The position numbers were made by a program, and so were the translations under genes. A stretch of 64,000 nucleotides of DNA, the filler included, from Sanchytrium tribonematis (lineage: Eukaryota), in assembly GCA_018985235.1 (NCBI GenBank). It is 7 parts of 7 records of this genome, joined end to end, with 100 filler letters (N's around TTAATTAATTAA, not from the genome) between each part and the next. Parts side by side here need not be neighbours in the genome. Positions count along the whole stretch, not along the records: positions 56,425 to 64,000 come from JADGIG010000428.1; 6 more parts are not named here. The stretch is one strand, 5' to 3'. Of the stretch, positions 63,343 through 64,000 are shown in pieces. The stretch's first letter is position 1. Each line of letters starts with the position of its first letter. The notes under the pieces were generated by a model, which saw nothing but the letters and a program-made list of their open reading frames with translations, had not been told where the DNA came from and made no database searches.

Positions 63343-63735
63343 ATGATGTTCATTTCATTTGTAAATTCTGCTGAAGTCGCAACTTGTTGGCAATGGGCTT
63401 ACTATTATTACGTTCAAGGATTGTTAAAATCATCTGATTATTATGGTTGGATTTCCAATTGCTGTGTTTATGGTACGCAACCGTCTCATTTGGTAATGGG
63501 CGTGTATCAAAAATCAACTAAAAAGACAAAAACGGTTACAAAAGTGCCACTTGATATTCCTGACTCTAAAATTGATGATGGTGATGTATGGACTACTGTA
63601 AATGAAATTCAGTATAATAAGCATGGTAAACGAGTATTTTACTATATGCGTGCAAATTGTGCCTCAAATATGCCATTTAAACCATCTACAGACAATGCAA
63701 AGAAAATGGCTGCGTGCATCGATTCTTATAAATAA
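63343..63735 (+). CDS. Small secreted Cys/Tyr-rich protein, copy 1
   Basis: MMFISFVNSA signal; CWQWAYYYY, CC; stop in AATAAA. Confidence 0.75.
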   Translation: MMFISFVNSAEVATCWQWAYYYYVQGLLKSSDYYGWISNCCVYGTQPSHLVMGVYQKSTKKTKTVTKVPLDIPDSKIDDGDVWTTVNEIQYNKHGKRVFYYMRANCASNMPFKPSTDNAKKMAACIDSYK

Positions 63736-63896
63736 ATCACCATATGAAAACTATGCTCAATTTCCTTTGTAAATCTTGAATTAATGATCGACCATTCAAA
63801 TTATTGGCAAACTTTAATTTAAAAAACTTGCAAAATAGACTGATTGGTGCAATTTTAAGAATTAACTCTATTTAAACTCAAGGACTCCAATGTATT

Positions 63897-64000
63897 ATGT
63901 TGTTTCTTTCACTTGTGTTATCGACTGAAGTTTCTGTTTGTTGGAGTTGGGCATATTATTATTACACCCATAATCAATTGGCTTATGCTGATTATTATGG
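63897..64000 (+). CDS. Tandem paralog of 63343-63735, 3'-partial
   Basis: MLFLSLVLSTEVSVCWSWAYYYYTHNQLAYADYY aligns with MFISFVNSAEVATCWQWAYYYYVQGLLKSSDYY. Confidence 0.8.
   Translation, partial: MLFLSLVLSTEVSVCWSWAYYYYTHNQLAYADYY

Overview
AT-rich, very gene-dense eukaryotic DNA. It is not one locus: seven contigs (the five complete ones are 9322, 9311, 9298, 9297 and 9271 nt, i.e. size-sorted) are joined by identical 100-nt artificial linkers (44 N + TTAATTAATTAA + 44 N), so adjacency across linkers has no meaning. Gene content (LIM-RhoGAP, clathrin with a QPTG tail, kinesin-13, a cyclic-nucleotide-gated K+ channel, modular secreted LRR proteins) points to a compact early-diverging fungus; a sanchytrid-like identity is my inference only. 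About 45 genes are supported, plus a decayed Ty3/Gypsy element with a 242-bp 3' LTR. Main finding: nine spliceosomal introns, all exactly 19 nt, consensus GTA-N7-YTWATNTAG with an invariant A six nt from the 3' end; each restores the reading frame, and several restore conserved motifs. Other signs of compaction are stop codons fused with AATAAA, intergenic gaps often of 9-45 bp, very short signal peptides and missing mitochondrial presequences. Also noted: a 39-aa NQxNPNN microprotein and a tandem paralog missed by the ORF track, a giant-virus-like GIY-YIG/CCHC gene, an Mrr-like nuclease and several unusual repeat proteins.
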